From: an uncultured Atopobium sp.
GTDB taxonomy: Bacteria; Actinomycetota; Coriobacteriia; Coriobacteriales; Atopobiaceae
DNA length: 64,000 bases
Reading direction: 5' to 3'
NCBI GenBank assembly: GCA_937905925.1
Contig: CALCXO010000029.1
Coordinates: 102,561 to 166,560 of the forward strand
Position numbers and translations under genes: made by a program
Notes under the pieces: model-generated
The model's input: only the letters and a program-made list of their open reading frames with translations
The model's database searches: none
Told to the model about the DNA's origin: nothing
Shown here: piece after piece, positions 49,931-59,572 of the stretch
Layout: every line of letters begins with the position of its first letter
How positions within the stretch are numbered: position 1 is the stretch's first letter

Positions 49931-50638
49931 ATGGCCTGTTCCGCACAGCACGTTGCAAACAAAGTTCTCTCGTCCTACCAGTGGAGACTTGCAACCAAGA
50001 AGTTCGACCCAACCAAAAACGTCTCTGACGAGGACCTTGAGGTGATCCTTGAGGCTGGTCGTCTGGCACCAAGTTCCTACGGTTTGGAGCCTTGGCGCTT
50101 CCTGGTTGTTAATCTGCGAGAGGATCAGGCCTCTGAGCAGTCTCTTCGCCTTAAAGAGAAACTTTACGAGCCATGTTATGGTGCTCGCGCGTCCCTTAAC
50201 GGTGCTCATTATCTGGTTATTCTTCTTGCTCGCAAGAACGTCAACGCAGAGTCTGCTTACGTCAAGCATATGATGCACGACATCAAGCAGCTTCCTGCAG
50301 ACTTTGAGCCAACATACGCCGCTGCTTTCAAGAACTTCCAGGAGAACATGTTTGACCTGGTAGGCAACGAGCGAGCAACCTTTGATTGGGCTTGCAAGCA
50401 GACCTACATTGCGCTTTCAAACATGCTCACTATGGCCGCTATGATTGGCGTTGATAGCTGCCCAATCGAGGGCTTTAACCGCGAGGCTGTTGATAAGATT
50501 TTGGAAGAAGAGGATCTTCTCGACGGCGGTCAGTACAACGACTTTGGCGTTTCCTGCATGCTTAGCCTGGGCTATCGTGACATGGATCCTGTCCAGAAGC
50601 GTCGCCAGCCAGCTGAGGATGTTATCGTCAAGCTGTAA
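49931..50638 (+). CDS. Oxygen-insensitive NAD(P)H nitroreductase (NfsB/FRase I-like)
   Basis: ...WRLATKKFDPTKNVSDEDLEVILEAGRLAPSSYGLEPWRFLVV.... The ATG at 49931 follows AAGAAAGGA. Confidence 0.8.
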   Translation: MACSAQHVANKVLSSYQWRLATKKFDPTKNVSDEDLEVILEAGRLAPSSYGLEPWRFLVVNLREDQASEQSLRLKEKLYEPCYGARASLNGAHYLVILLARKNVNAESAYVKHMMHDIKQLPADFEPTYAAAFKNFQENMFDLVGNERATFDWACKQTYIALSNMLTMAAMIGVDSCPIEGFNREAVDKILEEEDLLDGGQYNDFGVSCMLSLGYRDMDPVQKRRQPAEDVIVKL

Positions 50639-50877
50639 AGGCTGTAAGTGTCATTACCTTTTAAGCTGCCTCCTATTTCCCGACACCGAGGAAATGGGAG
50701 GCAGTTTGTTTAGCAGGCAATTCTTTGTTGAGTGGAAAAGTCTTTGCTATTTAGGAAGCTTATTGCTCGTGCGAAACACGGTTGCACATAGCTTGGTCGC
50801 ATGCCATTTTGGCACCAACTGGCCTTTTCTGGTGCGAAATGACTTTCTCTGATCAAAAAATGGCCCATTTCTGTGCG

Positions 50878-51065
50878 AAGTGGTAAAAAATGCGTTTAGT
50901 TGGAGTATGCAGGATTAATAAATTTCTATGCAAACGATTTACCAGCACTTTTAATTGGACGAATTTTTCATGTGCATTCACATTATTTCTGAACTGCTTA
51001 AACGTAAATGCCAAAATGGCAAAACCAAAAATTTATTTCCAACTAAACGGGTTTTTTACCCAAAA
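50878..51065. mobile_element. 188-bp AT-rich MITE-like element, copy 2 (inverted relative to copy 1)
   Basis: Ends AAGTGGTAAAAAATGCGTTTAGTTGGAGTATGCAG and TTCCAACTAAACGGGTTTTTTACCCAAAA. The interior is about 60-65% similar by eye to the reverse complement of copy 1. Confidence 0.7.
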
Positions 51066-51291
51066 CAGCGCCCTCTAAAGGTCATATCAATTTCTTGATT
51101 AGTTTTTGTGCATATTAGGCAGTCTTTATGCACGCTGAGGTGTTTTCGAGCGCCCGCGTGCGCCTCATGCGCCCTGTGCGCCTCGTGCACCCCGTGCGAC
51201 CAACGCGCTCTGGCGCGCCATACTTGCCGCCACGTAACTACGGCGCATATGACGCGCTCGCACGAGCAGCTCAGCCAGCAGAAACGTTTAA

Positions 51292-52347
51292 CTACCTGCG
51301 GATAAACCTAAAGCCACGGCCGGAGTGGATGTACGGCAAGAATGCCTGGTCTTCTTCGCAGATGTTTCCTGCGACGTTATCGCGAGCATCAAGCTCCAAA
51401 AGACCTCGGGCAATCGAAAGTTCCCCTGCATAGCGACCATATGCTTTACTGCTCACCAAAATGGCGCCAGTAGCAACAGTTTCCCAGGTAGAAGGCTTCG
51501 CATCGTACACCGGAGCGTCTTTCCAGAGTCTGGACTCCTGTGAACGGATAATGTACGAGCTGGAATCAGGTCGATCGGTCTGAAGTCGATCATACAGATA
51601 CTCAAAATCAGGCTTGAGCTCAGTTTTTAGCTCGATGCAGTTTCTTTCAAGCTGGCCAATACGCTTCCACGTAGCCTCAGTAACATCTGGGTCACCAATG
51701 AGTACCACGTCAGAGTCTGCATCATAAAGCGCAAGCATTGCCTGAACAAGCGCATCACCCGAAAGTCCACGGTGTTCCTCGACAGTTGGCAATCCCTCGT
51801 AGAGAGGTCCGCGGAAAACCTCGCCAGGAATAAACGAGAAAATCTGGAATCCAAGCGCAGAAAGATGTGCATTAATCTGCGCGACACGCTCCAGCGAAAG
51901 GCCCGTGTAGCTCTTGGGATAGTAATTGTGGCAGGCGGCAAAACGAGTGAAGTCGGCACCGGCTGCTCGCCACGCAGAAATGTCATCTTTAGTAATGGTC
52001 GAGGCATTAAAGACCACGTGGAACTTGCGAGAAAGCTCAACGGTCTCCGCTGCGTCAAATCCAAAGTCAAGGCGCACATACGTAATGCCAAGTTCTGCAA
52101 GCTCGTCAAACTTTTGAACGCCAAGTTTAGAAAGAGTAGCAGGAGAAACGTCGGCAATGAGGTTGATCTCAGCATTTTTGCACAGCTCTAAAAGTCGGCG
52201 AGCCTCAGTGCGATAATCAATCCCCTCTTCCTCGGGAATCTGTAGAGAAGTGAATGCATAGTGGCATCCGGCCGCCTGCGCTTTTGCCACAACCTCAGCA
52301 TTAGCCTCATATTCGCTGGCAAAATACAGTGAAATTCCGGTGCGCAT
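51292..52347 (-). CDS. mupG: DUF871/MupG-family 6-phospho-N-acetylmuramidase
   Basis: The sequence MRTGISLYFASEYEANAEVV...VSPATLSKLG...YVRLDFGF fits DUF871. It is the last gene of the murR-murQ-murP cluster. The ATG at 52347 follows GGAGGA. Confidence 0.75.
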   Translation of the reverse strand: MRTGISLYFASEYEANAEVVAKAQAAGCHYAFTSLQIPEEEGIDYRTEARRLLELCKNAEINLIADVSPATLSKLGVQKFDELAELGITYVRLDFGFDAAETVELSRKFHVVFNASTITKDDISAWRAAGADFTRFAACHNYYPKSYTGLSLERVAQINAHLSALGFQIFSFIPGEVFRGPLYEGLPTVEEHRGLSGDALVQAMLALYDADSDVVLIGDPDVTEATWKRIGQLERNCIELKTELKPDFEYLYDRLQTDRPDSSSYIIRSQESRLWKDAPVYDAKPSTWETVATGAILVSSKAYGRYAGELSIARGLLELDARDNVAGNICEEDQAFLPYIHSGRGFRFIRR

Positions 52348-52500
52348 AAATCCTCCAAGCAATTGCAAACGCTTTCTAAAAGACGGGTTTCTCGTCAGGC
52401 GAGAAAACCGACGGGCAGCCAGTCGGGTGCCGGGCGAGAAAAAATCCCTCTTCCTAGGATACCTAAGAAGAGGGATAAACGTTTCTAAAACGTGTGGTTT

Positions 52501-53988
52501 TTACTCGCCGAAAACGTCGTTAATACGATCCTCGTCAACGCCGAAGAACCAAGTAAGTGCAAATCCTGCAGCGTAAGCAAGAAGCATAGCAAGCAGGTAG
52601 AAGACCTGGTTACCAGGCTGGACGATCAGCAGACCAAAGAGGCCGGAGACGCCCTGGGAAACGGTACCAAGGTGGAAGAGGTAAGCAACTACGGAGCCAA
52701 TACCGGAGCCAAGGCATGCGGTGATGAATGGCTTACCAAGAGGCAGGGTAACTGCGTACATAAGAGGCTCGCCGATGCCGAGCATACCAACTGGGATGGA
52801 CTCGGTCAGGTACTTCTTGACACGCTTGTTCTTGGTCTTGAAGAGGATTGCAAGACCAGCACCAACCTGGCCGCCGCCTGCCATCATCAGCAGAGGAAGC
52901 AGGTAGTTGATACCCTGAGTTGGGCCCTCTGGGTTGTTAAGCATAACGTGGATTGGGGTAAGTGCCTGGTGAAGACCAACGGAAACCAGTGGCAGGAAGG
53001 TAGAACCGAGCAGATAAGCACCAAAGACGCCAAGCTTGTCATAGAAGAACTGAAGGACAAAGAAGATTGCCTGAGTGAGCCATGCACCTGCAGGCTGAAG
53101 AATCAGGACAGAGCCAATGACACCGATGATTACGGTGCAAAGTGGAGTTAGGAAGGTGTCAAGAACGCTTGGCATAACCTTGTGCAGGTTCTTCTCCAGG
53201 AATGCGAAGAAGATTGCGCAGATGATTGCACCAATCATGCCGCCTGCTGCTGCGTTGAACAGGTCAGAGGAAGCGACGATAAATGCGCCCTCCTTGAAAG
53301 CAACAGTTGGGAGGCTGAATGGAAGGTGAACCAAACGAGTTGCAACGCCATCAACAGTCTTGGAAGCGAGAAGAGGCATACCAGCGTTAGCAATGGAGAG
53401 TGCACCAGCCATAGCACCAAGAACGCGAGAACCACCAAACTCCTTGGCAGCGTTCTCGCCAGCGAGAATTGGCAGGTAAGCAAAAAGTGCCCAGCCCATG
53501 GTCCAGATAGCTGCGAACCACCACTCGTTAGCAAAAGCCTTACCAGTGGAGAAGTTGATAACGTTGATGATACCGTTGATCAGACCTGCAGAAATGATGC
53601 CAGGAAGCAGTGGAACAAAGATGTTTGCAATCTTCTTGAGGAAGCGCTGAACAGGCTTGTTCTCGTACTTAGCCTTCTGAGCTGCCTTGTTGTCCTTAGC
53701 TGCGGAAACAACGTCGTCCTCAGATGCATCGCCAGCAGCTACGCCGGTGAGCTTGGAGAACTCAACAATAACCTTGTTGACAACGCCAGGACCAAGAACA
53801 ACCTCAAGGTACTCTGCATCCTCGACCAGGCCCATGACACCGTCGATAGCCTTGATGGCCTCGGAGTCAACCTTTGAAGGATCTGCGGTCTTAATGCGGA
53901 GCCTGGTCATGCAGACCATGTTGCTCTGAACATTTTCTTTGCCACCGACGGCAGCAAGAATCTGTTCTGAAAGCTTGGTGTAATCCAT
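52501..53988 (-). CDS. murP: PTS EIIBC component, MurNAc-specific by context
   Basis: EIIB active site NMVCMTRLRI plus a multi-TM EIIC domain. The ATG at 53988 follows AAGGAAAG. Adjacent to murQ. Confidence 0.82.
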   Translation of the reverse strand: MDYTKLSEQILAAVGGKENVQSNMVCMTRLRIKTADPSKVDSEAIKAIDGVMGLVEDAEYLEVVLGPGVVNKVIVEFSKLTGVAAGDASEDDVVSAAKDNKAAQKAKYENKPVQRFLKKIANIFVPLLPGIISAGLINGIINVINFSTGKAFANEWWFAAIWTMGWALFAYLPILAGENAAKEFGGSRVLGAMAGALSIANAGMPLLASKTVDGVATRLVHLPFSLPTVAFKEGAFIVASSDLFNAAAGGMIGAIICAIFFAFLEKNLHKVMPSVLDTFLTPLCTVIIGVIGSVLILQPAGAWLTQAIFFVLQFFYDKLGVFGAYLLGSTFLPLVSVGLHQALTPIHVMLNNPEGPTQGINYLLPLLMMAGGGQVGAGLAILFKTKNKRVKKYLTESIPVGMLGIGEPLMYAVTLPLGKPFITACLGSGIGSVVAYLFHLGTVSQGVSGLFGLLIVQPGNQVFYLLAMLLAYAAGFALTWFFGVDEDRINDVFGE

Positions 53989-54244
53989 ACTTTCCTTCTT
54001 TCTCTCGTTGCGATGTTGCAACAAATACCTATCAAGAATACATAAAAAATGAACTTATCGGTACAACAATCCATACCTGTGGTTCATTGTTTCATGTTTT
54101 GACCTAATTTGAGCGCCCTGTTACTGCAGGTAAACTGAGCGTTTTTCAAAACTTGCCGACCACTTGCGCGTCGTGCTGATACCACTGACCGATGTAACTG
54201 AAACAAAATGCTTACGCGTGTGTCATTTGTTACAACTGTAATTA

Positions 54245-55168
54245 CTACAGTGCGCCTCTGACATGGCCATGAGCTGCCTCGAGCTTAGCTTTAGCCTCGT
54301 CAACAGGCATCTGAGTAAGCAGCATAACAATCGCAAGCTTTGCATTACCGTCAGCCTGCTCAAGCGCCTGAGCTGCCTCTTCGCGAGTGCAACCAGTTGC
54401 TGCCATGGTGATGTTCTGCGCGCGAACTACCAGCTTCTTATTGGTCTGTTGTACGTCAACCATAAGATTCTGATATGCCTTGCCCACACCAACCATAGAA
54501 CCGGTTGAAATCATGTTCAGAATCATCTTCTGAGCGGTACCAGACTTAAGGCGCGTGGAACCTGTAAGAACCTCAGGACCACAGGAAGGCTCAATAGCAA
54601 GCTCTGCCTCTTTGCCCACTTCAGAACCCTTATTGCAGGCAATAGCAACAGTCTTGCAGCCCAAAGAACGAGCATAGCGCAGGCCGCCAATAACGTAAGG
54701 TGTGCGACCACTAGCTGCAATTCCAATAGCAATGTCGTTCTTGTTCAGGCCAATCTTCTTGAACTCCTCTTCGCACAGCTCAAGAGAGTCCTCTGCACCC
54801 TCAACTGCGCGTACAAAGGCCTTCTCGCCACCGGCGATAAGACCAACAACCACGTCGGGAGAAACGCCAAAGGTAGGTGGGCACTCAACTGCGTCCAAAA
54901 CGCCCAGGCGGCCAGAAGTTCCGGCGCCAAAGTAGACGATTCTGCCGCCGGCCTCAAGCGAGGAAACTGCCCACTCGATAGCCTGTGCTACCTGCGGAAG
55001 CACCTCTTTTACGCCAGCTACCACGTTTAAATCTTCCTGGTTCATAACGCTGACCAGCTCAAGCGGGGTCATCTGATCCAGGTCCATGGTGTTGGGGTTT
55101 CTTGTCTCGGTGACAAGTTTTGTTAAATCAATCACGTTTTCACCTTCTGTGTTGTGATTTTTACGCAA
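54245..55168 (-). CDS. murQ: N-acetylmuramic acid 6-phosphate etherase
   Basis: SIS-domain protein with ETRNPNTMDLD...GAGTSGRLGVLDAVECPPTFG, a MurQ hallmark. Confidence 0.9.
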   Translation of the reverse strand: MRKNHNTEGENVIDLTKLVTETRNPNTMDLDQMTPLELVSVMNQEDLNVVAGVKEVLPQVAQAIEWAVSSLEAGGRIVYFGAGTSGRLGVLDAVECPPTFGVSPDVVVGLIAGGEKAFVRAVEGAEDSLELCEEEFKKIGLNKNDIAIGIAASGRTPYVIGGLRYARSLGCKTVAIACNKGSEVGKEAELAIEPSCGPEVLTGSTRLKSGTAQKMILNMISTGSMVGVGKAYQNLMVDVQQTNKKLVVRAQNITMAATGCTREEAAQALEQADGNAKLAIVMLLTQMPVDEAKAKLEAAHGHVRGAL

Positions 55169-56075
55169 TTACGTCATTAGCTATACCAGGCAAATCTTGG
55201 TCAGAAGAAAGCGTGGCTACACGCTCAGCTGAATCTAACTTGCCAATATAGTTTGTCGAGAAACGCTTAACGCTCTTCTCGTAATTTCTATTTACATAGG
55301 CTGCAAAGAGTGCATCTACTACGTTGAGCTGGGCAATTCTTGAAGACATGGCGCCGCTTCTCATGATGTGCTCTGTTTCTGCAACGCCCAAAACGTAATC
55401 GGAGCGGTGAATCAATTCCGAATCAATGCCACCGCGGGTAATGGCAACCACCTTGGCGCCATTTGCTTTTGCAATCCAGGCACACTCAATGGCTTCTCGC
55501 GTGAGGCCCGAGTAGCTGATCACAATGGCAAGATCTTCTCGCCCCATGTTTTTGGCGTAGAGCATCTGAGAGTGGTAATCGTCGCTCAAGTTGCAGGTAA
55601 TGTTGAGGCGCATGAGTTTGAGCTGCAGATCTCTTGCAACCAGAAGCGAAGCTCCCATGCCAAAGAGGCAGATGGAATGAGCTTGCATCATGAGTGAAAC
55701 AACTGAGTCAACAACCTGAGCGTCAAGCAATTGCCTGGTAAGCTCCAGCGAAGAAATGTTCTTTGCCGTAACTTTTTCGATGATCACATCAGTGGTGTCA
55801 CCTGCGATAACGCCGCCGACAGCAATATCGTTGCTTTTGTTACTTACTGCCAGCTCGTAAATGAGCGCCTGCTGGAACTCTTTATAGCCACCGCAGCCAA
55901 GCTTCTTGCAAAGCCTGACAACCGTTGACGCAGATGTATACGTTTGAGCTGCTAGTTTATGGATTGATTGACCAACTGCCGCCTCTGGATCAGACAGAAT
56001 ATAGTCGACAATATCGCGTTCAGCTGAACTAGCATTCTTGCGATACTCTTCCAGACGTAGACGAACACCTCTCAC
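55161..56075 (-). CDS. murR: MurR/RpiR family transcriptional regulator
   Basis: N-terminal HTH_6 (SIHKLAAQTYTSASTVVRLCKKLG) plus a SIS domain. Overlaps the murQ start by 8 nt. Confidence 0.85.
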   Translation of the reverse strand: MRGVRLRLEEYRKNASSAERDIVDYILSDPEAAVGQSIHKLAAQTYTSASTVVRLCKKLGCGGYKEFQQALIYELAVSNKSNDIAVGGVIAGDTTDVIIEKVTAKNISSLELTRQLLDAQVVDSVVSLMMQAHSICLFGMGASLLVARDLQLKLMRLNITCNLSDDYHSQMLYAKNMGREDLAIVISYSGLTREAIECAWIAKANGAKVVAITRGGIDSELIHRSDYVLGVAETEHIMRSGAMSSRIAQLNVVDALFAAYVNRNYEKSVKRFSTNYIGKLDSAERVATLSSDQDLPGIANDVIA

Positions 56076-56562
56076 GCAATCACCTCCGGCCGTCCAGTTG
56101 ACTAAAACGTTTGACTATATTGTTTCACGATGCCATAAAAATTTCATCTGTAAAGTAGGCAGTGCCGTAAACGGTAGTATTGCATACACAAGTGTAAGCG
56201 CGCTCCATGTGCGTTGCATGCGCGACTGCTCATGTTTTCCCAGCATAATGCGGGGACAATTGTCGCAAAAACTGAGCCTTAATTTGGGCACGTTACTATC
56301 ACTTCATAAAAACTTTTACTACCGAGTAGACATTTGACCACGTAAAACCTGATTAAAATATTTCATCTTTGCCTAAAAAATTCAAATTTAGATACCATTG
56401 ACAGCTTTTTTGATACCACTCGCAGTACGTTAACGTACCCATTATTTCATCTTGGACAAACTAGCTGCAATTTTGATGAAACGCACGTCATCATAAGCGC
56501 AAATTATCTCAGCCAATTGAGATACCAGGTGTTTCACCTAAGGCAAAACCGAAGGAGACGAT

Positions 56563-58560
56563 ATGCGCACCAACGAAGATTTGCACCAGAATCAAAACGC
56601 TCACTCTGAGCACTCATCTAACGCAGGCTTCCCTGCTGGACAGACCAGAAGGCAATTTCTGAGCAGAAGCGCTCTTGGTCTAGCCGCTCTAGCAGGTCTT
56701 GGCCTTACCGCCTGCCAGACAAAGGGTGGCGCAACTGCTGCTAAGGGAACCGCAAAGAAGGTTGACTCTGTAGACGGAACCTTCCAGTACGAGAAGGTCT
56801 TCCCTGTTCTCAACGACAACGAGGCATTTGACGACTCTCTTGTTACCAACCAGCTCAACAGCTTTGTTTGCTTTGCTGGTCAGGGCACCGTCTATGTAAA
56901 GAGTTCCGAGCCTCAGAGCTTTGAGCTCTTTGTAAACGGTCACCAGGTTCCAACCGATAAGCTTGACGGCTCTTCCTGGAACCAGATTGACATCTCTGAC
57001 GTAACCGTCAACGGCGATAACCGCTTGCAGGTCAGCACCGTCAAAGAGACTCAGGCAACCTTTGAGGTCAAGATTGGCTACCCAACGCTTATTGACGGCA
57101 CCAAAGATTACGCCGACAACGACAACTTCAAGCTGATTGACCAGATTATCAACGCAGAGATTGCCAACGGCTTCACCTCTGCCCAGCTGGTAGTTACCAG
57201 GTACGGCAAGGTTATCAAGAAGACCAACTACGGTAACGTCAATTCTTACAACAAAGACGGCTCTCGCATCAAAGATGGCAAGGCTGTTGACGACAATACC
57301 CTCTACGACCTGGCTTCTAACACAAAGATGTATGCCACTAACCTGGCAATTGAGAAGCTGGTTACCGACGGTCAGCTGGACGTTTCCAAGAAGGTTCAGG
57401 AGTACATTCCAGACTTCAAGGACCAGGAGGGCGATAAGATCCTGGGCAAGAACGAGCTCACCGTTCGTGAAATCCTAGAGCACCAGGCTGGATTCCCACC
57501 AGATCCTCAGTACCACAACCGCAACTACAACCCAGAGAAGCCTGACGATCCACAGCCAAACGCTAACCAGAAGCTGTACTCTCAGAATCGCGATGAGATT
57601 CTGCAGAAGATTATCGAGACTCCTCTACAGTACGTCCCAGGTACTAAGACTGCCTATTCCGACGTAGACTACATGCTTCTTGGTTTTATCATCGAGAAGA
57701 TCACCAATAAGCGCCTTGACCAGTACGTTAAGGAAGCTCTCTATGAGCCACTGGGACTCAAGAACGTCACGTTCAACCCACTGGACAACGGCTTCAAGGC
57801 TGACGGAATCGCAGCTACCGAGCTTAACGGCAACACCCGCGACGGCCTGATTACCTTTGACAACATGCGTACCGATACCATTCAGGGCACCGTCCATGAC
57901 GAGAAGGCCTACTACGCCATGGGTGGAATCTCTGGTCACGCTGGTCTGTTTGCAAACGCCTCCGACCTGGCTGTTCTTGTCCAGACCGTTATGAACCGTG
58001 GTGGCTACGGCAACACCATGCTCTTCAGCGAGGACGTTCACGACCAGTTCATCAAGCCAAAGGACACCAGCGTCACCTACGGTTTGGGATGGAGACGTAA
58101 GGGTCACATTGGCTACCAGTGGGCCTTCTCGCCAATTGCAAACGCAGCAACCGTTGGCCACACCGGCTGGACCGGCACACTTACCGTCATCGACGTCTAC
58201 AACAACACCAGCTTGGTACTGCTCACTAACACCAAGAACTCGCCTGTCATTGACAACAAGGTCAATCCTAACGACTTTGTGGGCAACCACTTCCTGACTG
58301 GTGGCTACGGTGTTGTTTCTACGCTGGCATTTGATGGCCTCGACGACGCAAACGCCGAAGGCAACAACGCCAAGCTCATGGACATGGTTATTGCCAAGTA
58401 CAAGCTCATTCAGGCCGAGGCAGATTATCAGACTGACCCCGATAAGGCTTCCCTGAAGGCATTGCTTGAGGTCTGCGACCAGAGGAAAGACTCCAAGGTT
58501 ATCAAGGACTTCCAGGCAAGCGACTTGTACAAGACCATTTCGGAGTTTGTTGGTAAGTAA
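56563..58560 (+). CDS. Secreted Tat-lipoprotein serine hydrolase, beta-lactamase/transpeptidase fold (AmiE/PBP4*-like)
   Basis: Tat motif plus lipobox (RRQFLSRSALGLAALAGLGLTAC), SxxK (ASNTKMY), YSD, and HTGWTG in the KTG position. GAAGGAGACGAT precedes the ATG. Confidence 0.75.
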   Translation: MRTNEDLHQNQNAHSEHSSNAGFPAGQTRRQFLSRSALGLAALAGLGLTACQTKGGATAAKGTAKKVDSVDGTFQYEKVFPVLNDNEAFDDSLVTNQLNSFVCFAGQGTVYVKSSEPQSFELFVNGHQVPTDKLDGSSWNQIDISDVTVNGDNRLQVSTVKETQATFEVKIGYPTLIDGTKDYADNDNFKLIDQIINAEIANGFTSAQLVVTRYGKVIKKTNYGNVNSYNKDGSRIKDGKAVDDNTLYDLASNTKMYATNLAIEKLVTDGQLDVSKKVQEYIPDFKDQEGDKILGKNELTVREILEHQAGFPPDPQYHNRNYNPEKPDDPQPNANQKLYSQNRDEILQKIIETPLQYVPGTKTAYSDVDYMLLGFIIEKITNKRLDQYVKEALYEPLGLKNVTFNPLDNGFKADGIAATELNGNTRDGLITFDNMRTDTIQGTVHDEKAYYAMGGISGHAGLFANASDLAVLVQTVMNRGGYGNTMLFSEDVHDQFIKPKDTSVTYGLGWRRKGHIGYQWAFSPIANAATVGHTGWTGTLTVIDVYNNTSLVLLTNTKNSPVIDNKVNPNDFVGNHFLTGGYGVVSTLAFDGLDDANAEGNNAKLMDMVIAKYKLIQAEADYQTDPDKASLKALLEVCDQRKDSKVIKDFQASDLYKTISEFVGK

Positions 58561-58665
58561 AGCTCGTGTAAACAAGCTGCGAAGCGGGAATAAACGCAGT
58601 ACACGAACAAGGTACGATACACATCTTGTCTAGCAACGGCCCTCTCCTCCGTCTAGACACACCAA

Positions 58666-58702
58666 AGCCCGGATGCTATTGCGCGGCATCCGGGCTCTTT
58701 TT
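58666..58702 (+). terminator. Intrinsic terminator after the serine hydrolase gene
   Basis: AGCCCGGATGC-tattgcgcg-GCATCCGGGCT followed by CTTTTTG. Confidence 0.8.
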
Positions 58703-58761
58703 GTGTGCTCGTACGTGCGCGCACGCTGGGCTTTCGAGTGCGCGAGTCGGGCGCGCCGCGA

Positions 58762-58880
58762 GCCTGAAAAGTGCAAAGAATCTGTATTTGAGCCACCGAT
58801 TCTTTGTCAAAATCAGGCAAATCCACAGTTTCTTTAACGTTTTCAGGCAGAATTTACAGATTCTTTGCAGAAATCAGGCA
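58762..58880 (+). repeat. Family-1 intergenic repeat, copy D
   Basis: GCCTGAAAAGTGCAAAGAATCTGTA ... TACAGATTCTTTGCAGAAATCAGGCA. Confidence 0.9.
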
Positions 58881-58926
58881 CGCTTTGCGGTCACGAGCTT
58901 GCAGGTGCGTTCGCCGGGCTCGCAAC

Positions 58927-59475
58927 TTACAGTGCGGAGAGAAAATCCTCTGCTTGCTGAGCAATTGCCTCGTGAACCTCGGGTTCTGGCTCCCAAGTTC
59001 CCTCAGTCCAAGCGGTAACAGGAAGCGAGAAGCCATTGAACGGCTCAACTGGCTTAGTGCGCAGGGCCAGGAACTGCTGCTTTACCACGGCGAGCGATCC
59101 TGCAGTCTTGTTTCGGCCGCCAACGCCACTTGCAGTGACAACCTTGCCAGCAATGGCGGTCTCGGACTTCTTCTCGTAATCGGAAGTGAGCGGACGGCTC
59201 AGCCAGTCCAGCATGTTCTTGACGGTGCCGGGAATGCTGTAGTTATACTCCGGGGTAAAGAGCCACACGCCGTCGGCAGCCATGACTGCGTCCCTAACCT
59301 TTTGAACACCTTCAGGAGCTGGGAATTCCTCGTCCTGGTTGAGCAGAGGGACGTCCAAAACGTCAACGACCTCAATCTCCGCCTTGCCTTCGAGTGCCTT
59401 TGCCGCAACCTGGCTCAGCGTCTTGTTAAACGAGTTCTTTCGACCAGAACCGATAATAAATACAATTTTCTTCAT
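58927..59475 (-). CDS. NADPH-dependent FMN reductase family protein
   Basis: MKKIVFIIGSGRKNSFNK... has the flavodoxin-like FMN_red pattern. 182 aa. Confidence 0.75.
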   Translation of the reverse strand: MKKIVFIIGSGRKNSFNKTLSQVAAKALEGKAEIEVVDVLDVPLLNQDEEFPAPEGVQKVRDAVMAADGVWLFTPEYNYSIPGTVKNMLDWLSRPLTSDYEKKSETAIAGKVVTASGVGGRNKTAGSLAVVKQQFLALRTKPVEPFNGFSLPVTAWTEGTWEPEPEVHEAIAQQAEDFLSAL

Positions 59476-59572
59476 GAGCAGCCTCTCCGCATGCGATGTA
59501 AATAAAAATCATGCACGAGCAAACCTGCCCGTACATGATTTGTGTACCCAAATGTTAACTCTGTAGTCGTAT

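Noticed and set aside
57625-58575. 316-aa minus-strand ORF opposite the serine hydrolase gene
   Set aside because: A shadow ORF. The plus-strand product has the signal peptide and catalytic motifs.
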